Below the pieces are notes generated by a model. The model was not told where the DNA came from, did not search any database, and worked only from the letters and a program-made list of their open reading frames with translations. A program made the position numbers and the translations under genes. Positions 10,071-19,324 of a stretch of 64,000 nt of DNA are shown here, in pieces. This stretch comes from Bacteroidota bacterium (lineage in GTDB: Bacteria > Bacteroidota > Bacteroidia > Chitinophagales > Chitinophagaceae), in the NCBI GenBank assembly GCA_029561305.1, contig JAKQJG010000128.1, positions 9,318 to 73,317 on the forward strand, read 5' to 3'. Each line of letters starts with the position of its first letter. Within the stretch, counting starts at the first letter, position 1.

Positions 10071-12464
10071 TTATTTTCTTAAGAGTAAATAAGTGATCAC
10101 TAAGGGTATAGCTGCTGTCATTCCCTGCGTAATTGCATTGCCAATCTCTTTTCCTTCCGGTCTTTCAGGAACGGTTATTACACAACCCTCTTCCACCTTT
10201 GGATAAAAATGCATAAAAAAGAAATTCTTTGTGCGTTTGCTCTTGCCATTTGCATAGGTAACAAAGATCCTTTTACGCCATGGCCTCAGGCTGTAGCCTC
10301 CTGCTTTGTCAATATAATAGCTGAGGCTGGAATGGTCTTTATCATAAGCGATCTTCAATGGCGATTGTACCTTACCCTGAACAGTTATGAACGGGTTTAT
10401 TTCCGGAATATATATCACATCATTGTCCTGCAGGATGATATCGTATTGTGAACCTTTCTCTTTCATGGCTCTTTCCAGGTCGATGCTAACAGGCTGTTCC
10501 AGGTTGTTCAGCAATGCATTATCATCACCACCGATTATTCTTCCGGCGGAATCTTTTTTTGGCTTTGCTAAAAATTTTTCTCTCAGGTAATCACCCTTTC
10601 GCCTGTACAGCATGGCGCCATTGAGGTTGGCATTGTCTAAAATACCACCGGCCCTTTCTAAGTAGGAAGAAAGCCTTTCGTATTTATCCAGCCTTGGATA
10701 AGCACCCTGGTATTTCACCAGTCCAACAATCTGTATATTTTCCTGTAAGGAGAAACTGGGATTTTTTCTTACATGTATTTGATCGTAGGGACGAAGGATA
10801 ATTTTTCCTGCAACTGAATCCAGCTCTAATGTGGAATTGATGTTATAAGACCTTACAATGGTACGGGTGGGTTTTAATCCTTGTTTTGCACTATCCATAT
10901 CTACAATACTGGCAATTTCAAGGCGCCCAAATTCTGCCGAAGGTTTTAATCCCCCGGACAAATAGATAAGATCCTGTAAAGTCATTCCACCATATTTTTT
11001 AACTTTTCCTTCTTTGCGTACTTCGCCATCGATAAATACAAATTGCTGTTCGCCAAATTCGCTGGTGCTGAACAATTGTATCATATCATTTGGCTGAAGC
11101 GGCACATTATTTACACTGTGTACATTTTCTTCACTGTAGTCGGTAAGGTTTACTTCCAGCTTATCAGACTTTATATTGGTGGAATCACCGGCGCCCCGAA
11201 AAATATAAGCCCTGGGCAGATAAGTACTGTTGGTGATACCACCAGCCCGGTTAATGATATCAAATAACCTGTCGCCTTTCCTCATTTCATAGATGCCCGG
11301 GTAGGCAACAGCGCCACTTACTTCAATTTTATTAACGATACCAGACTTAACAATATCTGCTTTTACTATATCCCCGTCCATCAGTTCAAAATCCAGGTCT
11401 TTCAATTTTACAATGGCGGTGGCATTTACATCATGTATTACCTGTCTTTCGTTTTCAGAACGCACCACTTTTATGGCAGAAGAATAAGCATCAGAGGTAA
11501 AACCCCCGGAGTATTGCATCAATGCTTTCATTCCTTCGCTTGTTTTAAGCTGGTAGTACATGGGTCTTTTAAACTGACCGGTAGCCAGTACTTTCTTTTG
11601 TGCAAAGCTCACAACGATAAAATCATTGTTTTGCAGGTACACCCTTCTGCCCACATCACCGTTGTGCAAATATTTATATACATCCAGCACTTCCACCACT
11701 TTACCATTGCGCTTTACCAAAATCTCCCGCAGGTTACCATATTCAGTAACGCCACCGGCTAGCCCAATAGCATTATAGGCATTAGAGAATGCTGATAACA
11801 ATTTAGGTCCCGGGTTCATCACTTCACCCACTACATTAATGTTAATGGTTCGTGGCTGTCCCAGTGTTATCTGTATATTGGTGCCGGGTGGTACTGCTGT
11901 ATTGAATCTTGCTGTAATGATCTGTTGCGCATTCTCAAAGGTTAATCCCTGCACAGTAATTTTTCCAAGGCCTGATGGAAAAATAGCACCATCCCTTGCA
12001 ACGATGTAATCTTCCTGGTATTCGCCACCGCCCCATAGGGAAACAATGATATGGTCTCCCACACCAATGGGATAATCAGGTGGTGGAATGGACAGTTCAG
12101 AAATATCATTCATGGCACTGTTCTGAAAAATATTGGCACCATAGGTATCATCCGCCCTGTAATATGCCCGCTTCAAATTATCGCCCTGTGTACTGTCTTT
12201 GTCTAATTTCTTATTTTCAAGCCTTCTTCTTATCTCGGGATTGTCTTTTGTGCGGTCGCCACCGGGTGTATTTTGCTTTTGATTATTGTCTTTAAAGAAA
12301 GTTTCGAAACCACTTTTGGTCATCATCGCAGGATTCAGATTTCCCGGAGCCAATGGGCTCATCCCCTGCGTAGGTGGCTGTGCGGTGGCTGTATTCACCA
12401 ATACGATCAACAGGCAAAGCAGTAGTTTATAATGATTCAAAAGGATCTTCTGGACGGTCTTCAT
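10071..12464 (-). CDS. SLBB-domain polysaccharide export protein (Wza/KpsD-like)
   Basis: DYPIGVGD poly_export domain plus several SLBB repeats (V.GEV..PG, L.D.I..AGG). Confidence 0.9.
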   Translation of the reverse strand: MKTVQKILLNHYKLLLCLLIVLVNTATAQPPTQGMSPLAPGNLNPAMMTKSGFETFFKDNNQKQNTPGGDRTKDNPEIRRRLENKKLDKDSTQGDNLKRAYYRADDTYGANIFQNSAMNDISELSIPPPDYPIGVGDHIIVSLWGGGEYQEDYIVARDGAIFPSGLGKITVQGLTFENAQQIITARFNTAVPPGTNIQITLGQPRTININVVGEVMNPGPKLLSAFSNAYNAIGLAGGVTEYGNLREILVKRNGKVVEVLDVYKYLHNGDVGRRVYLQNNDFIVVSFAQKKVLATGQFKRPMYYQLKTSEGMKALMQYSGGFTSDAYSSAIKVVRSENERQVIHDVNATAIVKLKDLDFELMDGDIVKADIVKSGIVNKIEVSGAVAYPGIYEMRKGDRLFDIINRAGGITNSTYLPRAYIFRGAGDSTNIKSDKLEVNLTDYSEENVHSVNNVPLQPNDMIQLFSTSEFGEQQFVFIDGEVRKEGKVKKYGGMTLQDLIYLSGGLKPSAEFGRLEIASIVDMDSAKQGLKPTRTIVRSYNINSTLELDSVAGKIILRPYDQIHVRKNPSFSLQENIQIVGLVKYQGAYPRLDKYERLSSYLERAGGILDNANLNGAMLYRRKGDYLREKFLAKPKKDSAGRIIGGDDNALLNNLEQPVSIDLERAMKEKGSQYDIILQDNDVIYIPEINPFITVQGKVQSPLKIAYDKDHSSLSYYIDKAGGYSLRPWRKRIFVTYANGKSKRTKNFFFMHFYPKVEEGCVITVPERPEGKEIGNAITQGMTAAIPLVITYLLLRK

Positions 12465-12743
12465 TCTTCCTTGGTATTGGTAAATAGTTTATAAAGCGCT
12501 AGCAGTTTTCTTTAGAGGTTGAGGATCAAACGAAAATGCAGTAACCAGCAAGCCAGTTAGTCCAGTTTCGGGTAAACACAACAGGTGTTATGTTCTAAAA
12601 CGAAGAATTGGAAATTTTATTTTGGAGAGTTTCCGTTTTTTGGAAGAAAGGTTGGATAAAGCAGGCTATGGCCGGATTCAAACCCGCCATTTTCGAATCA
12701 TTAAGAACCAGGGAAGAAATCAAAGGATTGATTATCAACTATA

Positions 12744-13688
12744 TTATTTCAGGTCATTCAGTGTTGACAAGTATTCACTCCATATCTCATTTACTACCTC
12801 CGCAGCCGGTTTTATTTCATTAATTATCGCACTCACCTGCCCTATCTCCAGTTCACCTTCTTCCAGGTCGCCTTCAAACATGCCCTTTTTGGCTCGGGCC
12901 CGGCCAAGCAGTTGCTGTAGTTCCTCAAGGCTGGCGCAATTATTTTCTGCCAGCTGTACTTTGTCAAAAAATGCATTCTTTATTAAACGGACCGGGGTTA
13001 GTTTTTTCAAGGACAGCTGTGTATCACCCTCCTTGGCTTTTACTACAGCTTCCTTAAAGTTGATATGGGACGAAGCTTCTGGAGTGGCTACAAAGCGGCT
13101 GCCAACCTGCACGCCTGCTGCGCCCAACACCATGGCTGCCAGCATTTGCCTGCCCGTGGCAATACCACCTGCCGCAATAACCGGAATGCTAACTGCATTA
13201 CAAACAGCCGGTATTAACACCAGGGTGGTGGTTTCCTCTCTACCATTATGACCACCTGCTTCAAAGCCTTCGGCTACCACGGCATCGCAACCTGCTTCCT
13301 GTGCCTTAAGGGCAAACTTGCTGCTGCTAACCACGTGTACTACAATAATGCCCTGCTCTTTCAGTTTACCGGTCCAGGTTTTGGGATTGCCCGCCGACGT
13401 AAAAACGATGGGCACTTTTTCGTCTATGATGATTTGAATATGTTTGTCGATATCAGGATATAAGAGCGGCAGGTTTACAGCGAAAGGCTTGTCCGTTGCT
13501 GCTTTGCATTTTTGAATATGCTCTTTTAAAACTTCAGGATACATGCTGCCGGCACCAATAATACCGAGGCCACCCGCATTACTAACGGCACTGGCTAACC
13601 GCCAGCCACTTGCCCATATCATACCTGCCTGGATGATGGGGTATTGGATGTTGAAGAGGGAAGTGATTTTATTGTTGAAAGGCCCCAT
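12744..13688 (-). CDS. Nitronate monooxygenase / FabK-like flavin oxidoreductase
   Basis: PIIQAGM, EAGGHNG, VIAAGGI, GVQVGSRF. Confidence 0.9.
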   Translation of the reverse strand: MGPFNNKITSLFNIQYPIIQAGMIWASGWRLASAVSNAGGLGIIGAGSMYPEVLKEHIQKCKAATDKPFAVNLPLLYPDIDKHIQIIIDEKVPIVFTSAGNPKTWTGKLKEQGIIVVHVVSSSKFALKAQEAGCDAVVAEGFEAGGHNGREETTTLVLIPAVCNAVSIPVIAAGGIATGRQMLAAMVLGAAGVQVGSRFVATPEASSHINFKEAVVKAKEGDTQLSLKKLTPVRLIKNAFFDKVQLAENNCASLEELQQLLGRARAKKGMFEGDLEEGELEIGQVSAIINEIKPAAEVVNEIWSEYLSTLNDLK

Positions 13689-13858
13689 AGATAAATGGCT
13701 GAATGGTTATAATGTTGAATTGTTGGTTTGCCAAATTGATTCAAAACTAATAAATCAAATACACAACTTGGTCAATGATGAAATTTGTATGAGTTTGTGA
13801 AGCAGCACCAAATTTTCTGACTGTAAAACAACAATTAAACAATGCATCAATGTATCAT

Positions 13859-14854
13859 CTAACCCAGGTCAATATCCGTATCATCCCCAATGTTCAGCGA
13901 TCTTGTTTCGCCTTTGATGCCGGTATCACTGCCAATGAGGGATTCATCCAGCACCACATCATATAATTTGGAGAAAGATCCAACAATAGATTCTTTTATG
14001 ATGGTATAATTAAGCACCGTATGTTCTCCAATAGAAACATTGGGTCCAATTACAGAGTTTTTTATATCGCAGCCTTCACCAATACTCACTGGTGGAATAA
14101 TGATGGTATTCTCAAATTTTTCCTGTCCGAATATAGTACCCCCGAATTTCTTTAACATGGTGGCATTTGACTCCAGCAGCGTTTCTTTTCTGCCACAGTC
14201 GAACCAGTTCTGCACTTTGAAGTATTTGAATTTGGCACCCTGTTGAATCATACATTCCAGGGCATCCGTGAGCGTAAACTCCTCATTTGTTTTTTCACCC
14301 TGCTCAATAATTTTTTTGATGCAGGAAAAAAGAATACTGGTCTCCTTTATTTTGTATATCCCCACCAGTGCCAGGTTGCTTTTTGGAATCGCCGGCTTTT
14401 CCACCACCCTGGTAATATTGTGTTCGTCATCCACTTCTGCCACACCAAAATTGCGGGGGTCATCCACTTTTTTTACACCCAGCATAGAATGTGGTGCATC
14501 CAGTACCTCCCTCACATTGTATTCTGCAATGGTATCGCCCAGCACAATGATCAGTTCTTCATCCCGGTTAACGATCTGCTTTGTCAGATCAATGGCATAA
14601 CCTGTACCATTCCTTTCATTTTGATAAACAAAATAATTGTTGTGGTGGGGATATTTGGCCTTCACATAATCCTGTATCTTATCACCCAGGTAGCCCACGA
14701 TAAAAATAAAATCGGTGACACCTGCATCGTGTAACTGGTCAACAATGATGCTGAGGATGGTTTTTCCCGCCAATGGGATCAATGCCTTTGGCTGTGTATA
14801 GGTATGAGGGCGAAGCTTAGTGCCTGCACCCGCTACTGGAATGATTGCCTTCAT
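13859..14854 (-). CDS. Sugar-phosphate nucleotidyltransferase (glucose-1-P thymidylyltransferase-like) with C-terminal left-handed beta-helix
   Basis: AGAGTKLRPHT..QPK, VEKP, WFDCG motifs. Confidence 0.9.
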   Translation of the reverse strand: MKAIIPVAGAGTKLRPHTYTQPKALIPLAGKTILSIIVDQLHDAGVTDFIFIVGYLGDKIQDYVKAKYPHHNNYFVYQNERNGTGYAIDLTKQIVNRDEELIIVLGDTIAEYNVREVLDAPHSMLGVKKVDDPRNFGVAEVDDEHNITRVVEKPAIPKSNLALVGIYKIKETSILFSCIKKIIEQGEKTNEEFTLTDALECMIQQGAKFKYFKVQNWFDCGRKETLLESNATMLKKFGGTIFGQEKFENTIIIPPVSIGEGCDIKNSVIGPNVSIGEHTVLNYTIIKESIVGSFSKLYDVVLDESLIGSDTGIKGETRSLNIGDDTDIDLG

Positions 14855-15067
14855 GTTTTAATAATTACCAGGCTTTGACCCAATATTTTATTCACAATTG
14901 AAATGCTTCTTTTTTAAAAACGGACTGTGAAAGTAGGGGATTTTTGTGTAAATACTACATGGTTGAAAAGCTAAGAGATTAATTACAGGCGGGTTTTCAA
15001 GTTGACTTTTTTAAACAAATTAACTCCGTTACTTATTTTTAATACAACTGTTCATCAAAATTTTCAC

Positions 15068-16240
15068 TTACTGACTCCATTTTTTTTCCGCCAAAAATTT
15101 ATTTTTCCAGGCGACAATGGCAGCCATTATCATCATTACTATTAATAAAGAAAGTCCTTTTGATAAACTGGCCTTTTCTGAAATGATTCCAATAACAGAC
15201 GGTCCTGCTAAAAAACCGATCAAACCGCCGGTTGTCACCATCGCAAAACCTTCCACTTTGCTTACACCGGGAATGTTGGCCGAAGCCCGGAATAATATGG
15301 GCACTATACCCGAACATCCAAAGCCGATAATAACATAGCCGGCAATAGCGAGTCCGACATATTCGGACAACACCACAATTAAAAATCCTGTAGCGGCAGT
15401 GAGGGACCCTGCAATTACTGTTTTTTTGTTTCCTAAAACAGACACAATACTGTCGCCATTGAGCCGGCCAATCGTCATAGCAATTGAAAAACCGGCATAA
15501 CCTAAACTGATCAGCTCTTTTGGCGCCTTCATTACTTCCTTAAAATAAATAGCACTCCAGTCGGCCACACAACCCTCGGCCATAAACAACACCATACATA
15601 TAAATGAGATGCTGAGAATGCTTAGGGAAGGCAATTTTAAACCCGAACCAGAATGTATGATCTCTTTATTGGCCAGTAAGTGATGCCTGTTACTGATATT
15701 AATAGCAACAATAATCGCAGACATGATCACAATTTGTAAGCCGGAAGGAACCGCAACTGTAAACATTAAAGCTGCAAAACCAGCGCTAACAAAACCACCA
15801 AGGCTATACAGGGCGTGACAGGAGCTCATTAGCAGGCGATCGTACTTTTGCTCCATTATATTTACAGTGGCATTTGATGATACCCCATTCAAAAAACTTA
15901 CCAGCCCCAGGCAATACAAACTTACCCAGCACATAGGCCTGTTAACTGAATTGATAAGAGCGATCATAATGATACTTTGTATAATATAACCGGCCAGCAT
16001 CCACTTGCCCACCGGAATTTTCCCAAACACTTTTGTTGATAGAAATACCCCGGTAATGGCACCTAAAGGTGATAACAATAAGGAAAGACCCAGGCTGCCA
16101 TCCGTAAAATCAAGTCGTTGCTTTATACCCGGGATGGCCGCCACCCAGGTTCCAAACAGTAAACTGCTGCAGGCAAACAAAAAACCCACTGCTACTACGG
16201 GCTTTAATTTTACAAAAGAAGAAAAATTTTTAAGCAGCAT
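15068..16240 (-). CDS. MFS transporter
   Basis: About 12 hydrophobic helices; W...IP.IK..L motif; start at MLLKN preferred. Confidence 0.88.
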   Translation of the reverse strand: MLLKNFSSFVKLKPVVAVGFLFACSSLLFGTWVAAIPGIKQRLDFTDGSLGLSLLLSPLGAITGVFLSTKVFGKIPVGKWMLAGYIIQSIIMIALINSVNRPMCWVSLYCLGLVSFLNGVSSNATVNIMEQKYDRLLMSSCHALYSLGGFVSAGFAALMFTVAVPSGLQIVIMSAIIVAINISNRHHLLANKEIIHSGSGLKLPSLSILSISFICMVLFMAEGCVADWSAIYFKEVMKAPKELISLGYAGFSIAMTIGRLNGDSIVSVLGNKKTVIAGSLTAATGFLIVVLSEYVGLAIAGYVIIGFGCSGIVPILFRASANIPGVSKVEGFAMVTTGGLIGFLAGPSVIGIISEKASLSKGLSLLIVMMIMAAIVAWKNKFLAEKKWSQ

Positions 16241-16366
16241 ACTGTGAAAATAGAAAATGCAACCCAAACAAGGTGATTAAAATAAACAACTGCGGAAAAA
16301 ACTTTATAATAAAATCAAAAAATTATGTAACAGCCTGTTGGCAAGGCCTGATTAATTTTACAGCCC

Positions 16367-16684
16367 ATGTTGAAAAACTCCAGAGAACAACTGCTAAATT
16401 TTATTAGCCATCACCAACTGAAAAAAGAAAACGGCATTATCTGCTTTGATGCACATGTACGCTTTTTTGAACCAGTAGCTGTTAATACATTTTCTGAGAT
16501 CCAGATCATTTCGCTCCCATTTGAACATGCCCTGTACGTAATTAATTGCCCAGATTCGTTGCCACAGGGATGCGACGTATACAGCACTTCCAGGTTCAAT
16601 TTTTCCAAAGAGGAGGATGAAGAGCTTATAATAACTGCCGGCGAAGGGCAGAAAATACTTACATTAAGCTTAAAAAAAACCTGA
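16367..16684 (+). CDS. Hypothetical protein
   Basis: 105-aa ORF filling the gap, co-oriented with the AraC gene; no recognisable motif. Confidence 0.6.
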   Translation: MLKNSREQLLNFISHHQLKKENGIICFDAHVRFFEPVAVNTFSEIQIISLPFEHALYVINCPDSLPQGCDVYSTSRFNFSKEEDEELIITAGEGQKILTLSLKKT

Positions 16685-16768
16685 CGTCTTCCGTGCCTTC
16701 TTTACATGTATATAAATAAGTAGGCCATTCCGTACATAAAAAATAAAAAAATCGTTTATTTTTCGGGT

Positions 16769-17326
16769 ATGAAACTGTTTATCAAAAATATGGCTTGCGA
16801 AAGCTGTAAAGTGGTGGTGAGAGAAGAGCTGGAAAAGCTGGGCGTGGCACCCATCAAGGTGGACCTGGGCGAAGTGGATATAAAAGAAAAACTAACGCAG
16901 GCAGAACGAAAGGAGTTTAACAGCGCCATAAAAAAAGCCGGGCTTGAACTGGTTAATAGCAAAGAGGGCGTGCTGATTGACCAGATAAAGGCTGCCATCA
17001 TCGATTACATTGAAAACAACAAAAATTTTAAGAACAACCTCTCAGACTACCTGAGCAAAAAATTAAATTACGAGTACAGTTATATCTCCAGTTATTTTTC
17101 TGCTATGCAGGCTAATACTATTGAGCAATTTGCTATCAATTTGAGAATTGAAAAAGTTAAAGAAAAGATTGTGCTGGAAGACCTTACACTTACCCAAATT
17201 GCCGATGAATTGAATTACAGCAGTGTAGCTCACCTGTCGAGCCAGTTTAAAAAAGTGACCGGCTTACCGGCCTCTCATTTTAAAAAATTGCGGGCGATAC
17301 GGCGTAACACTATTCAGGCTTTGTAA
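16769..17326 (+). CDS. AraC-family regulator with N-terminal HMA-like CxxC domain
   Basis: IKNMACESCK N-terminus; C-terminal double HTH (IADELNYSSVAHLSSQFKKVTG). Confidence 0.9.
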   Translation: MKLFIKNMACESCKVVVREELEKLGVAPIKVDLGEVDIKEKLTQAERKEFNSAIKKAGLELVNSKEGVLIDQIKAAIIDYIENNKNFKNNLSDYLSKKLNYEYSYISSYFSAMQANTIEQFAINLRIEKVKEKIVLEDLTLTQIADELNYSSVAHLSSQFKKVTGLPASHFKKLRAIRRNTIQAL

Positions 17327-17392
17327 AATACTGTTCTATCCACAGAAAAAATGGCTTGTCCACAACAACCATGTTGCTTTGCCCATGTTAGC

Positions 17393-17400
17393 TATATTTG
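17393..17400 (+). promoter_or_regulatory. Bacteroidota -7 promoter element for glyA
   Basis: TATATTTG matches TAnnTTTG, 18 bp before the ATG at 17419. Confidence 0.55.
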
Positions 17401-17418
17401 CAGCCTCAAACCAACTAC

Positions 17419-18699
17419 ATGCAAAGGGACACCCTCGTTTTCGACATCATCAACAAAGAATTACAACGCCAGCGCCATGGGCTGGAATTAATTGCTTCTG
17501 AAAATTTTACTTCATTGCAGGTAATGCAGGCATGCGGCAGCGTAATGACCAATAAATATGCTGAGGGATACCCCGGCAGGCGCTACTATGCCGGTTGCGA
17601 AATCGTTGACCAGACTGAGCAACTGGCTATTGACAGGATCAAACAGGTGTTTAACTGTGGTTATGCCAATGTGCAGCCTCATAGTGGCGCACAGGCAAAT
17701 GCAGCTGTTGCATTAGCTGTTTTAAAACCTGGCGACAGAATTTTAGGTCTTGATCTCAGCATGGGCGGCCACTTAACACACGGTTCGCCCGTTAATTATT
17801 CCGGCAAATTATACGAAGCCCATTTTTACGGCGTGGTAAAAGAAACAGGCATCGTGGACTACGAAATGCTGGAGCAAAAAGCAAGAGAGTTTAAACCCAG
17901 GCTGATTTTTTGCGGCGCCAGTGCGTATAGCCGTGACTGGGATTATGCAAGGATAAGAAAAGTGGCTGATGAAGTGGGTGCCTTTGTGCAGTGCGATATG
18001 GCACATCCTGCAGGACTGATCGCTAAAGGTTTATTAAGCTCTCCTTTTGAACATTGTCATTTTGTTACCAGCACAACGCACAAAACTTTGCGTGGACCAA
18101 GGGGCGGTATAATATTGATGAAAGCCGATTTTGACAATCCATTTGGGTTAAAAGACGTGAAAGGCAATACCAGGCCAATGAGCAACCTGCTGGATATGGC
18201 GGTGTTTCCGGGGATACAGGGCGGCCCGTTAGAGCATATCATTGCCGGCAAGGCCATTGCTTTTGGAGAAATTCTCACGGATGAATTTACCGTGTATGCC
18301 AAACAGGTAGTGAATAACGCACAGGCGATGGCAAAAGCGTTTGTTGACAAAGGCTATCACCTTATCAGCAGCGGTACCGACAATCATTTAATGCTGATTG
18401 ATCTGCGGAATAAAAATATCAGTGGCAAAAAAGCAGAGCAGGCACTCGTGAAAGCGGAGATCACTTTGAATAAGAATATGGTGCCATTTGATGATAAAAG
18501 CGCTTTCGTTACTTCAGGTATAAGAATTGGAACACCGGCTATTACAACAAGGGGGCTAAAAGAAGAACATATGCAGTTCGTGGTAAATGCGGTTGACAAT
18601 GTGCTGATGAATGCAGACGATGAAAATGTTATTAACAACGTACGGAAACAGGTGAATGAATTCATGGAACAGTTTCCGCTATACCCGGAGCTGGGATAA
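17419..18699 (+). CDS. glyA: Serine hydroxymethyltransferase
   Basis: [39 protein letters not shown] (PLP Lys). Confidence 0.98.
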   Translation: MQRDTLVFDIINKELQRQRHGLELIASENFTSLQVMQACGSVMTNKYAEGYPGRRYYAGCEIVDQTEQLAIDRIKQVFNCGYANVQPHSGAQANAAVALAVLKPGDRILGLDLSMGGHLTHGSPVNYSGKLYEAHFYGVVKETGIVDYEMLEQKAREFKPRLIFCGASAYSRDWDYARIRKVADEVGAFVQCDMAHPAGLIAKGLLSSPFEHCHFVTSTTHKTLRGPRGGIILMKADFDNPFGLKDVKGNTRPMSNLLDMAVFPGIQGGPLEHIIAGKAIAFGEILTDEFTVYAKQVVNNAQAMAKAFVDKGYHLISSGTDNHLMLIDLRNKNISGKKAEQALVKAEITLNKNMVPFDDKSAFVTSGIRIGTPAITTRGLKEEHMQFVVNAVDNVLMNADDENVINNVRKQVNEFMEQFPLYPELG

Positions 18700-18707
18700 T
18701 ATATTTG

Positions 18708-18783
18708 TTTAAGGTTTAAAAGTTTAAGGTTTAAAGTTGCAACTACCTTAAACCACCTTAAACTTTAAACCTTCAACTTTAAA
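18708..18783. repeat. Heptamer-built imperfect inverted repeat (TTTAAGG/TTTAAAG ... CCTTAAA/CTTTAAA)
   Basis: Read directly from sequence; 21 bp are identical to 63635-63655. Confidence 0.8.
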
Positions 18784-18793
18784 ATTTCTTCAC

Positions 18794-19228
18794 ATGCTGC
18801 AAAGAATACAAACGATCTGGCTCTTACTGGCAGGTGTAGCCGCTTTTCTTACCCTCAAACTTCATTTTTACAGCGGCCTGATGACGGTGGAGGGTAATCC
18901 GGCGCCCGTTTATACGAAACTTACCGGTATGTCGAACCCATGGTGGTTACTTTTGTTGACAGTGGCCATTGGGTTAATTGCATTGATCGCAATTGGTTTG
19001 TATAAAAACAGGGTGGTACAGTTAAGGCTCTGTGTATTGGGTATTTTATTGGAAGCGCTGCTGATATTTTTGTACTATCAAACGATCACATCGAAATTTG
19101 TAGCGGGCCAGGGAGCGTATTCACTCACTTCGGTATTGCATGCCGGTATCATCCTGTTTTTTGTTCTGGCTGCAATAAACATCAATAAAGATGAAAAGCT
19201 GATAAAGGAAAGTGACCGCCTGCGGTAA
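18794..19228 (+). CDS. DUF4293 family membrane protein
   Basis: MLQRIQTIWL start, YKNR..Q motif, I.KDEKLIKESDRLR end. Confidence 0.88.
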   Translation: MLQRIQTIWLLLAGVAAFLTLKLHFYSGLMTVEGNPAPVYTKLTGMSNPWWLLLLTVAIGLIALIAIGLYKNRVVQLRLCVLGILLEALLIFLYYQTITSKFVAGQGAYSLTSVLHAGIILFFVLAAININKDEKLIKESDRLR

Positions 19229-19264
19229 ACAGAAAAAGGATTCAAAAAAACGATTTTACTCTGT

Positions 19265-19299
19265 AAAAAAGGATGCCCTGCTTTTGGCGGGGCATTTTT
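19265..19299. terminator. Bidirectional intrinsic terminator between DUF4293 gene and uvrA
   Basis: A-tract, ATGCCCTGC-loop-GCGGGGCAT stem, T-tract, between convergent genes. Confidence 0.75.
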
Positions 19300-19324
19300 A
19301 TTCCTTTATTTTAAATTCGCCGGA

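Noticed and set aside
12465-12743. Possible ops/JUMPstart or ncRNA upstream of the wza-like gene
   Set aside because: No convincing GGCGGTAG-type motif or stable structure seen.
12622-13251. 209-aa plus-strand ORF
   Set aside because: Antisense shadow of the FabK/NMO-like gene; Ser-rich with no motifs.
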